A model generated the notes under the pieces. The model saw only the letters and a program-made list of their open reading frames with translations. It ran no database searches and was not told the DNA's origin. A DNA stretch of 64,000 nt from an uncultured Thermoleophilia bacterium (GTDB lineage: Bacteria; Actinomycetota; Thermoleophilia; UBA2241): assembly GCA_963715985.1 (NCBI GenBank), contig CAVQSP010000015.1, positions 118,567 to 182,566 of the forward strand, in the 5' to 3' direction. This document shows, one piece after another, positions 28,888 to 37,725 of the stretch (positions within the stretch are counted from its first letter, which is position 1; every line of letters begins with the position of its first letter). Both the position numbers and the translations under genes were made by a program.

Positions 28888-29763
28888 CTACGCTTTGAGC
28901 CTGAGCTCCGCGAGGAGCTCAGGCGTGAGCTCCGGAGGCTCCTCCAACTGCTCGGGGTGCTCCACGAGCTCGCGAAGCAGGTCGACGGCTCTGGCGCAGT
29001 AGATGCCGTCCACGACCCGGTCGTCGAACGTGAACGTGACCGTCATCACGGCGCGCTCGACCGTCCCTTCCTCGGTCGTCACGAGCACTCTGCGGACCTT
29101 GCCCAGCGCGACGAACAGCCCGCAGGTGCCGAGATTGAAGAGGTGGTGGAGGGGAGCGTCGATACCGATGCTGCCCACGTTGGTGACGAACGCGGACGCG
29201 TAGAACGGCAGTGACTTGAGGAAGGACTCGGGCAGCATGTTCAGGTCGTCCAGGCCGAGCAGGAGGCGGACCGCGGCCCGGAGCACCAGCGGCGGCAGCT
29301 TAACGAGCAGGGCGTTCGTCTGGTCGCTGGTGCCGCCGTCCCCCCGTCTCGCGCGGAGGACGTAGTCCCTGAGCCTGGGTGCGAGCGAGGACAGCGTCTC
29401 GTCCGGCCGCAAGGGGATCGTCACGACGAACTCCTGGCCGTCGTCCGTGAGCTGCCTCTTGACGACGAACGATATGATGATCTCGTTACGCTGGTAGTAG
29501 CGGTACCCCGACACGAACCGGTTCATCCGGGGGCGAAGGGCGATGGTCCGCGCCCCCGCGCAGAGACACACGGTGAACAGGCCCACCGCGTCGCCGTGCA
29601 TGGCCTTCGCGCCGCGGATGTACTCGAGCGTGTGCGTGACGTCGAACTCCTGCTCGAAGAAGATGGAGGCGTCCGTGCGCCTGGGGATGAGGTACGGGAG
29701 GATCTGCGTGAAGTGGGGCAGGTCCCGGAGGAGTGTGCCGTCAGGCCGTGATTTCCTCAGCAT
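28888..29763 (-). CDS. Stand-alone 2-oxoacid dehydrogenase E2/CAT-fold acyltransferase domain
   Basis: AFVTNVGSIGI, TFTFDDRVVDG (canonical DHRxxDG has His replaced by Asp), LVEHPEQL; no lipoyl domain. Confidence 0.78.
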   Translation of the reverse strand: MLRKSRPDGTLLRDLPHFTQILPYLIPRRTDASIFFEQEFDVTHTLEYIRGAKAMHGDAVGLFTVCLCAGARTIALRPRMNRFVSGYRYYQRNEIIISFVVKRQLTDDGQEFVVTIPLRPDETLSSLAPRLRDYVLRARRGDGGTSDQTNALLVKLPPLVLRAAVRLLLGLDDLNMLPESFLKSLPFYASAFVTNVGSIGIDAPLHHLFNLGTCGLFVALGKVRRVLVTTEEGTVERAVMTVTFTFDDRVVDGIYCARAVDLLRELVEHPEQLEEPPELTPELLAELRLKA

Positions 29764-29895
29764 GGTAGGCGCGAGTATATCCCGGCGGTCACGGATGCGG
29801 GCAAGCGCACGGAACCGCCGGCGGGTGTCTTTGGCCACCCCGAGGCAGGCTGGTAGTATCGGGCACGTGAAAGGGCTCGGGGACGTTATCTGGGG

Positions 29896-31013
29896 ATGCT
29901 GACGCTTGCGCGACAAAACCTGTTCAAGGAGAAGGCGCGGCTCGCCATCTCGATCGGCGGGGTGGCTTTCGCGGTCACGCTCATCATTCTCCTCCGGGGG
30001 CTGTACCTGGCCTACGAGACCAAGGTCAGCGACTACTACGACTCCATGGACGTGGACGCGTGGGTGCTGCAGAAGGGCAGCGCCGACCTGCTCTTCTCGT
30101 ACTCGGTGCTGCCCGACGAGTGAGCGACTACCTCGAGAACATCTACGGCGTCAAGGAGGCGGTGCCGTACACGGCCCGCCAGGTCGGCTTCACGATCGAC
30201 GGCCGCGACGTGGTGCTGTACGTCGTGGGCTTCAACCCCGACCGCACCGGGCCCGGCCCGGGGCCCGGTGGCCATGGACTCCGGCACGCGCAGCCATCGA
30301 CAACCGCGAGATCATCGTCGACAAGGTGTTCGCGCGGAAGTACGGCGTCAAGCTCGGCGACATCCTGGACATCAACGACCAGAAGCTCACGGTGGCCGGC
30401 ATCAGCTCGGGCGGTGACATGGTGGTGTTCCAGTACGGCTTCGTCACCCGCTGGCGAGCGCGCAAGCTGCTGGACCTGCAGGGGATCGCCACGGGGTTCC
30501 TGCTCACCTATGAGCCCGGCGTGGCCCCGGGGTTCGTCAAGGACCAGGTGCAGTCTCTGGAGGCCACGGCCACGGTCAAGTCGCTGGCCGAGGTGATCAA
30601 GGCCAACCGCCGCGTGATCAACGAGGGCTTCCTGCCGGTGCTCGGCGTGCTGCTTGTGATCGGGTTCTTCATCGGGGTGGCCGTCATCGGCCTCACCATC
30701 TACTCCTCGGTGCTGGAGCACCGCCGCGAGTACGGCGTCCTGAAGGCGGTCGGCGCCCGCACGCAGACAGATGCTCGTGGTGGTCGCGGTGCAGGCCATG
30801 TTCGCGGCCATCGCCGGCTACTTCGTGGGCGTCGGCGTCTCGCTGCTGGCCGCGCGAGGGGCCGAGGAGTGGGTGCCGCAGTTCATCACCAACATCCAGA
30901 CCAGGGACTTGGCGCTGGTCGGGGCAGCCGCCGTGGTCATGGGCCTGCTCGCGGCTTTCGCCCCGCTGCGCAAGATCGCCTCGGTCGACCCGGCGGTGGT
31001 GTTCCGCGCATGA
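29896..31013 (+). pseudogene. Second MacB/FtsX-type permease, interrupted by about four frameshifts
   Basis: Pieces align with the paralog at 25967; shifts at about 30120, 30260, 30292 and 30762. May be assembly errors. Confidence 0.8.
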
Positions 31014-31709
31014 GCGACCAGCCGCTGCTACTGCTCGACCACGTGAGCAAGTCGTTCGGCCACGGCGCCGCCGAGGTCAAGGCGCTCGACGACGCCAACC
31101 TGCGCCTGGATCCCGGCGAGCTGGCGCTGATCATCGGGCCGTCAGGCTCCGGGAAGACCACCCTGCTCGATGATCGCCGGCGCCATGCTCACGGCCTCGA
31201 CCGGCGAGGTCTACCTGCGCGGCACGCCGCTGAGTAGGCGCAACCCCCGCCAGCTCGCCGACATCCGCCTCATGCGCATCGGCTTCGTCTTTCAGTCGTT
31301 CAACCTCTTCCCCGCCCTCAACGCGCTCGACAACGTCGCCCTGCCCGCATCCCTCGCAGGGGTGGGCGGGCGCAAGCGCAGGAAGCGGGCGGCGGAGGTC
31401 CTCGAGAAGCTGGGCCTCGGCGGACGCATGCACCACATCCCCGAGCAGCTCTCGGCGGGCGAGAAGCAGCGCGTGGCGCTGGGGCGCGCCCTCATCAACG
31501 ACCCGCCGCTGCTGCTCGCCGACGAGCCCACGGCCAACCTGGACTCGGTGAGCGGCCGCAACGTGCTCGCGCTCTTCCGCGAGATCGCCGCCTCCGAGGG
31601 GAGGGCCGTGCTCGTGGTCACCCACGACGCGCGCATCATCGAGCAGGGCGACCGCGTGATGCACCTCGTCGACGGGCACCTCGACGGCGAAGGGGACTGG
31701 GACAAGTAG
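31010..31709 (+). pseudogene. ABC ATP-binding protein (LolD/MacB type) with one frameshift
   Basis: Walker A GPSGSGKTT, +1 shift at about 31169, then QSFNL, LSAGEKQR, LLADEPT, VVTHD. ATGA overlap with the permease. Confidence 0.85.
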
Positions 31710-31818
31710 GCGGATGACGTGGCGGAGCGCCCGCGAGGGCGACTGCGAGCGACTCGCGACGCGAACGAAGGCGGCCCCGGAGCGCAGGCGTGCCGCGACA
31801 GCTGGAGAGTGCTGGATC

Positions 31819-31849
31819 GGTTCCCCCGGAAGGACTCGAACCTTCGACC
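31819..31849 (-). repeat. att-like copy of the tRNA-Arg(CCG) 3' end
   Basis: ggttcccccggaaggactcgaaccttcgacc versus 40423-40453 ggtgcccccggaaggattcgaaccttcgacc (29/31 identical, same orientation). Confidence 0.88.
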
Positions 31850-31888
31850 CGAACTGAGGTCGCTGTTCGACGCCCTGTAGCCCGTCCG

Positions 31889-32449
31889 TCAGAGGCGGAC
31901 GCCGGGCAAGTCCCGTTCCATGTGAAGCGTCGTGCCGTGTTCGTCGGAGAGGATCTCCAGGTCGTCCATGAGGTTGCGGATCAGGAACAGCCCGCGTCCG
32001 TGCTCGCCCATCAGGTCGGGCTCTGCATCACTGTCGATCTGCGACGGGTCGAAGCCGGGTCCCCCGTCGCTGACTTCGAGCGTGAGATGGTCGTCGCGCA
32101 GGTCGGCGAAGACGCCCACGGGGCTGCCCGCCGCGTGCGCGACCGCGTTGATGAGCGCTTCGTCGGCGCAGAGCACGATCATTCGCGAGGCTGCATCGTC
32201 GATGCCGTTCGCGGTCAGATAGGTCGTAAGAGTCTCGCGCAACACAGCAGCCGATGACGGCCGAGCCGCGAACCAACGCCGGAACGCGTCGGCGCGCTGC
32301 CGCCGCCAACGGCTGGTATCGCTGCAAGCAGCCCCGACGGCCACGAGACCAGGAGCGCTGCCCCTCGCGGCCGTGACCGTGGCCGCCCTGTGGCACGGGG
32401 TGCGATCGACTGTGGTCTCCATCTTCCCCTTGACTGCCCCGGTCTTCAT
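31889..32449 (-). CDS. RsbW/SpoIIAB-like anti-sigma kinase (HATPase_c_2)
   Basis: LCADEALINAVAHA, VSDGGPGFDP, EHGRGLFLIRNLMDD, GTTLHM. Start uncertain (32449 or 32422). Confidence 0.8.
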   Translation of the reverse strand: MKTGAVKGKMETTVDRTPCHRAATVTAARGSAPGLVAVGAACSDTSRWRRQRADAFRRWFAARPSSAAVLRETLTTYLTANGIDDAASRMIVLCADEALINAVAHAAGSPVGVFADLRDDHLTLEVSDGGPGFDPSQIDSDAEPDLMGEHGRGLFLIRNLMDDLEILSDEHGTTLHMERDLPGVRL

Positions 32450-32573
32450 GGCTCCCACCCCTCCGATGACTCGGATCACAGATGTGGTCGTGGCTCGAGT
32501 GTGGCCCTGGGGGAGGGGCGGGCGCGCCGGCCATCGGGGGAGAATCTGACCTGCAGATGCGGGGAGTCTTTGC

Positions 32574-32591
32574 CCTGGTCAGGTGGACAGG
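32574..32591. promoter_or_regulatory. Candidate NarL-type operator CCTG..C-N4-G..CAGG upstream of the rsbW-like gene
   Basis: cctggtc-aggt-ggacagg, similar to the sites at 36979 and 37003. Confidence 0.45.
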
Positions 32592-32600
32592 GGGTGGCGT

Positions 32601-34844
32601 CTACGGGCGCCAGACGGCACGGACACAGGTGCCGGCGTCGCTCGACGACAGCTCGAGCCGCGCCCCGATCGACTCGGCCCGCTCCGCCATGATGCCGAGC
32701 CCGAGGCTGCCGGGCCGGGCCGCCTCCGGGTCGAACCCGCTGCCGTCGTCGGCGACGACGAGCTCGAGGGCTCCGCGCTCCAGCCCGTCGTCGCCACAGT
32801 CGCGCAAGAGCACGCTCGCGTGCTCGGCCCCGGAGTGCTTGGCCACGTTGTTGAGCGCTTCCTGCGCGATCCTGTAGAGCGCCACGCCGACCTCTGCCGG
32901 GACATCGATGGCCGTGTCCACGTGGACGTCGATCGGGATGCGCGAGCGCCCGGCCACGGCCTCCCCCAGCTGCTGCAGCAGATCGGGCAGGTTCGCTTCG
33001 GCGAGCGCGGCAGGACGCAGCTCGAGCAGCAGCGTGCGCATCTCGGCGAGGGCGCCACGGGTCAGCTGACGCAGCTCATCAAGTCTCACCCTTCCCTGCT
33101 GCGGGTCACGCTCGTAGATCCGGGGGAGGACCTCCGCGATCAGTGACGCCGAGAACAGCGTCTGACTCACGGCGTCGTGGAGGTCGCGAGCCAGGCGGTT
33201 CCTCTCCATCGCCGCGGCCGACTCCTCGGCCTGCGCGTAGAGGCGGGCGTTGTCGACCGCCATGCCTATCTGGTTGCCGAGGCCCGACAACGAGGCGAGA
33301 TGCTCGGGTGTGAGCTCCATGTCGTCCGCGGCAAAGAGCACCAGGGCACCGAACACTGTCCCCTTGGCGGTGAGCGGGATCTCCACGGCGGACCGCCAGC
33401 CCGCCGTCTCGAGCGCGTTCAGCGCATCGCCGGAGGCCAGGACGTCAAGCGTCAAGGCCTGGGCCTGCCTGCCCGGCTCTCTCAGGCGCCGTTCCAGGAC
33501 CTCCGGGACACGAAGCGCGAGGGCGGCCGAGACGTCCGACGAGAGGTTCACGGACGTCTCCAGCTTCAGCACGCCATCTCCGCTGTCGATATCCGGGAGG
33601 ACGAACGCGGCACCTGCCGCGAAGCCGAGCTCCGGGATGATCTTTCCCAAGGCGTCCTCCAGGATGCGTCCGAGATTGAGCGACTGGCTGACCACGGCCG
33701 CAACGGCGTTGAGGGTGGCGAGCTCCTGCGTGCGAGCGGCCACCCGCCTGTCGAGATCCGCGTACGAGTCACGCAGCTGAGCGGACATCTCGTTGAACTG
33801 CTGCCCGAGCTCCTGCAGCTCGTCATGGGTCGTGATGCTGACCGAGTGCTCGAAGTCGCCGGCCGCCACCTGTCGAGCCGCCTGCGTGAGGTCGAGCACC
33901 GGCCGCGTCAGGCGTCGCACCCCGAGCAGCACGACCAGGGACGGGACCAGCACGCCGAGCACGAGGAGGACCAGGAGGAAGGTGCGGTACCCTTGGGATG
34001 GCTGAATGAGGGCCGACCAGTTCTCGACGGCGATCAGGCCCCACGGCGTCCCCGGCACCGGGGCATAGCCGGCCACCACGTCCGTGCGGTTCAAGTCCTG
34101 GGTACGCTCGGCGCCGGTCTGGCCGGAGACGACGCGCCGGACCACTCTCTGCGACGTGAGGTCGGTCCCCACGAGCGCCGGGTCGGGGTGGGCGATGACG
34201 CGGCCGCTGCCGTCGACCAGGTACACGTCGCCGCTCACCCCCACGCGAAGCTTGGCGATGTCGCCGTACAGCGCGCTGACCGAGGTCGCCCCCAGACGGA
34301 ACATGCCGGCGAGGACACCGTTGAACTCTCCCTGCGGCCCGGTGATCGGCACGGCGACCGTGATGACCTGGGCACCGCCGACCCCGTCGGGGGTGATGTC
34401 CGAGTACACCGGTCGTGGGGAGCGCAGAAGCTGGACGAAGTACGGGCGCGACGCCCAGTCCTTGCCCATGTCCCCGGGACGCTTCGGCCAGGCGGCGGCG
34501 AGGATGCCGTGCGCGTCGAGGATGATCGTGCCGGCATCGAAGATGGAGAGCTTGTTCGCGGCCGCGGTGAGGGCGGCCTCCTGCCGGCCGGACCGCCCGC
34601 CGGCGATGTCGGACTGCCGGGTGAGGCTGCCGAGGTCGAGCGAGAACTGACTGATCTCGGCCGCCAGGTTCGTGGCCGAGAGGCGCGCCAGCTCCTGGTT
34701 TCGCTGTACGGCCTGCTGCTCCGTCACGCGGGAGTAGGCGAAGAAGGCGACGACCGCCACGGCAAAGAGGATGACGGCCGAAGGGACGAACGACCAGGCA
34801 AGGATCCGCGTCCTCAGGCGAACATGGGTCAGGCGCACCGGCAT
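32601..34844 (-). CDS. Sensor histidine kinase (TM-dCache-TM-HAMP-GAF-HisKA_3-HATPase)
   Basis: RPYF..YSDI (Cache), LTRPV..DELQELGQQFN (HAMP), ERNRLARDLHDAVSQ, QEALNNVAKH, DDGSGFDP, GLGIMAERA. Confidence 0.92.
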   Translation of the reverse strand: MPVRLTHVRLRTRILAWSFVPSAVILFAVAVVAFFAYSRVTEQQAVQRNQELARLSATNLAAEISQFSLDLGSLTRQSDIAGGRSGRQEAALTAAANKLSIFDAGTIILDAHGILAAAWPKRPGDMGKDWASRPYFVQLLRSPRPVYSDITPDGVGGAQVITVAVPITGPQGEFNGVLAGMFRLGATSVSALYGDIAKLRVGVSGDVYLVDGSGRVIAHPDPALVGTDLTSQRVVRRVVSGQTGAERTQDLNRTDVVAGYAPVPGTPWGLIAVENWSALIQPSQGYRTFLLVLLVLGVLVPSLVVLLGVRRLTRPVLDLTQAARQVAAGDFEHSVSITTHDELQELGQQFNEMSAQLRDSYADLDRRVAARTQELATLNAVAAVVSQSLNLGRILEDALGKIIPELGFAAGAAFVLPDIDSGDGVLKLETSVNLSSDVSAALALRVPEVLERRLREPGRQAQALTLDVLASGDALNALETAGWRSAVEIPLTAKGTVFGALVLFAADDMELTPEHLASLSGLGNQIGMAVDNARLYAQAEESAAAMERNRLARDLHDAVSQTLFSASLIAEVLPRIYERDPQQGRVRLDELRQLTRGALAEMRTLLLELRPAALAEANLPDLLQQLGEAVAGRSRIPIDVHVDTAIDVPAEVGVALYRIAQEALNNVAKHSGAEHASVLLRDCGDDGLERGALELVVADDGSGFDPEAARPGSLGLGIMAERAESIGARLELSSSDAGTCVRAVWRP

Positions 34845-34865
34845 GGCTGCGACCCCGACCAGCCG

Positions 34866-36254
34866 CTAGCTGGTGGCGTTCGCCTGAGCCGCCTCGATCT
34901 GCCGACTCACGCCACGCAGGATGTCGACGCTCTCTTGACCGAGGGTGAAGATCTTCGTGAAGGCGTCGAGGAGGAGGCGCGTCGCCTCCTCCATGTTCCT
35001 GGGGAACGTCTCCTGGACGACCGAGTATCCTTCGCGGTGGGGAGCGGCGAATGCGTCGAGGTCCATTCCCTGGGCCTTCTGCGGGTACTGCTGCCTGACG
35101 AGCCGTTCCCAGTCGTCCACCAGCGACAACCGGGCCGGCTGCAGGAGGTTCGCCTTGGCCATGGCCAGGGCGTACTCCTTGCTCACCAGGAACTTGACGA
35201 GCTCCCACGCCTCCCGAGGGTGACGCGTGCCCGAGTAGATGCCGAAGCCGTCGGTCGTGCTGAGCGTGGTCCGCCCCGCCGGTCCCGCGGGGAGCGGCGC
35301 TACTCCGATGCGGAAGTCCGCGTTCTCGAGGATGCTCTTGAGGGCCCAGGAGCCGTCCTCGACCATCGCGAGCTGGCCGGCGGAGAACGCCGCCGCCGTC
35401 CCTACGTTGTTGACGTCGGTGAAGGTCGCCATGACCTTGTCGTCCCACATCCGTGCCCGCACCCACTCGAGGGCCGCCAGGGCTTGCGGTCCGTCGATGT
35501 CACATTTGGTGGGGTCCGCGGGGTCAACGATGTTGCCTCCCCAGGCATTGATGTGAACCTGCAGGCGGTCCCAGCCGATGTCGATCATGCTGCCCCAGAT
35601 GTCGGTCTTGCCGTCAGCGTTGGTGTCGCGGGTCAGCTGCTTCATGGCCGCGAGGTAGTCGTCCTCGTTCCAGGAGTCGTCGGGGTAGGGGACCTGGTAC
35701 CTGTCGAAGATGTCCTTGTTGTAGTAGAGCACCAGCGTGCCCTGGTACTTGGGCACGCCGAACTGACGGCCGCTGGCGTCGAACATGGCCCTGTACTGCG
35801 CGGGGTCCCAGTCGGCCACGATCGACTTGTCGAGGTCGGTCTCGACGTACTTCCTCAGATCGAGCACGTAGCCCATCTGCGCCCAGGCGGGGAAGAAGCC
35901 GCAGCATCCCTGGAACACGTCGGGTGCGTTCCCGGCCTGCATGTCGAGCGGCATCTGGTCGTTGAGGTTCTCCGGGTCGGGTGTGTAGAACACGCTGAGG
36001 TCGGGATGCTGAGCCTGGAACAACTGGAGCTCCCGCTGCGCCATGGGTGGGAACCACTCCGTGCGCCAGTCCTGGTAGACGAGCTGGACCCGCTCCTGGC
36101 CGGAGGAGGACGTCGAGTCATCGCCTCTACCGCACGCGCTCAGGCTCAGCGCAGCCGCCGACAAGGCGCAGGCGATGAGAAGGACGATGAGCAGGACCGA
36201 CCCACGAGCGATGCGTCGCCCCGTGGTGCGACCGGGGAGCCGGACCGCCGTCAT
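34866..36254 (-). CDS. Sugar-type ABC extracellular solute-binding lipoprotein (orphan)
   Basis: Lipobox LSACG, AGNAPDVF, LYYNKDIFD, FSAGQLAM..GSW, AWELVKFL; no permease nearby. Confidence 0.88.
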   Translation of the reverse strand: MTAVRLPGRTTGRRIARGSVLLIVLLIACALSAAALSLSACGRGDDSTSSSGQERVQLVYQDWRTEWFPPMAQRELQLFQAQHPDLSVFYTPDPENLNDQMPLDMQAGNAPDVFQGCCGFFPAWAQMGYVLDLRKYVETDLDKSIVADWDPAQYRAMFDASGRQFGVPKYQGTLVLYYNKDIFDRYQVPYPDDSWNEDDYLAAMKQLTRDTNADGKTDIWGSMIDIGWDRLQVHINAWGGNIVDPADPTKCDIDGPQALAALEWVRARMWDDKVMATFTDVNNVGTAAAFSAGQLAMVEDGSWALKSILENADFRIGVAPLPAGPAGRTTLSTTDGFGIYSGTRHPREAWELVKFLVSKEYALAMAKANLLQPARLSLVDDWERLVRQQYPQKAQGMDLDAFAAPHREGYSVVQETFPRNMEEATRLLLDAFTKIFTLGQESVDILRGVSRQIEAAQANATS

Positions 36255-36889
36255 TCGACGAGCTTCCGCTGCAAGGCCACGGCGACCGCCTCGGTACGAG
36301 TCGCGGTTCCAAGCTTCATCAGGATGTTGCTGACGTGGAACTTGACGGTGGACCGGCTGACGAAGAGCTTCTCCGCGATGTCAGGGTTGCTGTCTCCGTG
36401 CACCATCAGCTTGAGGATCTCCAGCTCCCGCGACGTGAGGCCCTCCTCCTGCGCCGGCTCGGTCGCCGCCTTGATGAGCACCTGAGCCGCCTCCGGCGCG
36501 AGCGTGGGACGGCCGGCGTGCGCCTTCCGGATCGCGTCGGCGAGCTCGTCGGCCGTGACGTTCTTGAGAAGGTAGCTGAGGGCGCCCGCTTTGAGCGCGC
36601 CCTGGACCAGGTCGTCCTCCTTGAAGCTGGTGAGGGCGATCACCTGGACCTCCGGGCACGCCTCCTTGATGCGACGGGTCGCCTCGGCGCCGTCCACGTC
36701 CGGCATGACGAGGTCCATGAGCACCACGTCTGGCCTCAGTGAGATGCACTTGACGACCGCATCCGCGCCCCCGGTGGCGTCGCCCACGTGCTCGAAATCA
36801 TCGAACGCCAGCAGGAAGGCTGAGAGCCCGCTCCGCACGACTGCATGGTCATCGACGATCATGACCTTGATGGCACGGTCGGCGTCCAT
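36251..36889 (-). CDS. NarL/LuxR-family response regulator
   Basis: MIVDDH, LMDLVMP, LTSF, YLLKN, LTSRELEIL..VSRSTVKFHVSNILMKL. Confidence 0.95.
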   Translation of the reverse strand: MDADRAIKVMIVDDHAVVRSGLSAFLLAFDDFEHVGDATGGADAVVKCISLRPDVVLMDLVMPDVDGAEATRRIKEACPEVQVIALTSFKEDDLVQGALKAGALSYLLKNVTADELADAIRKAHAGRPTLAPEAAQVLIKAATEPAQEEGLTSRELEILKLMVHGDSNPDIAEKLFVSRSTVKFHVSNILMKLGTATRTEAVAVALQRKLVE

Positions 36890-36978
36890 CGTGTCTCCCT
36901 TCGATCCAGTTGTTCAGGATAGCGGGACTTGCGGCCTCACGAAAGGCGACGCCGTATATCGGCCGCCGACATGATGCA

Positions 36979-37020
36979 CCTGGCCATCCGTCCAGGCTCA
37001 AGACTGCCCGACCGGTCAGG
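36979..37020. promoter_or_regulatory. Two imperfect 18-bp inverted repeats (candidate regulator sites) in the divergent promoter
   Basis: cctggcc-atcc-gtccagg (36979-36996) and actgccc-gacc-ggtcagg (37003-37020). Confidence 0.5.
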
Positions 37021-37111
37021 CGCACGTCTCACCGCGTGGCGGGCGCGCTCGAGAGAGTCCCAGGCCTACGCTGTGGCTGCAATGGGAGCCACAGGAGAAC
37101 AACACTGCTGC

Positions 37112-37492
37112 ATGCGAACGGTCCTGGCCGACGGCCAGCCCGCGGTCCGGGATGCTCTTCGCGACCTGGTGACTCACGGCCTCGGTATGCAGGTGGTCGG
37201 TGAAGCCAGGACGCTCCAGACGCTGCAGCGCCAGGTGCAGGCGCACCGCCCGGATCTCGCGATCGTGGACTGGGGCCTGCTGGCCCAGCCCGCATCCGCA
37301 CTCGCGGGCCTGCGCGCCTTCTCGCCGGGTCTGCGCATCGTCGTCATAGGGCTGCGTCCGGAGATGCGCCCCGCCGCCCTGGCGGCCGGCGCCGACGGAT
37401 TCGTCAGCAAGGTGGACGCACCCGACGTCGTCGCCGGCGTCCTGCAGCCCTGCCCCAAGACTACTGATGAGCCGTCAGGGGGTCTGTCATGA
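37112..37492 (+). CDS. Single-domain, atypical receiver protein
   Basis: VLADGQ, RPDLAIVDW, AAGADGFVSK; lacks the second acidic-pocket Asp and the beta4 Thr/Ser. Confidence 0.78.
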   Translation: MRTVLADGQPAVRDALRDLVTHGLGMQVVGEARTLQTLQRQVQAHRPDLAIVDWGLLAQPASALAGLRAFSPGLRIVVIGLRPEMRPAALAAGADGFVSKVDAPDVVAGVLQPCPKTTDEPSGGLS

Positions 37493-37725
37493 ACGAGTCG
37501 AGCACCGCTCGCGCCAGCTCATGGGCCAGCACGATCCACACGCCGGGACCGGTACGTCGCGGCGGTCCCCGAGATCTTGGGGTGCGCGCCGGTCAGGCCT
37601 GCGAGCTGCATCCGTACCCCGGGCAGCCGGATGTCGACGACATCGGCATGCGCTGGGCGATCGCCTGGTACCACAACGTCCAGTCAAGGACATCGAGGTT
37701 GGGGGATGGTCATGTCGCAGCTTAG
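37489..37725 (+). CDS. Small hypothetical protein (78 aa)
   Basis: ATGA coupling to the receiver gene; its end overlaps the MMPL start. No motif recognised. Confidence 0.4.
   Translation: MNESSTARASSWASTIHTPGPVRRGGPRDLGVRAGQACELHPYPGQPDVDDIGMRWAIAWYHNVQSRTSRLGDGHVAA

Noticed and set aside
30121-30123. TGA as selenocysteine or readthrough in the second permease
   Set aside because: Homology with the paralog continues in a different frame, so this is a frameshift, not an in-frame stop.
31819-31849. A second tRNA gene
   Set aside because: Only the T-arm and acceptor 3' strand are present, with no D or anticodon arm; interpreted as an att site.
33177-36485. 1102-aa + strand ORF and similar long antisense ORFs (e.g. 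2173-4101, 49082-51508, 57298-59211)
   Set aside because: Shadow frames of well-supported opposite-strand genes in high-GC DNA, with no recognisable motifs.
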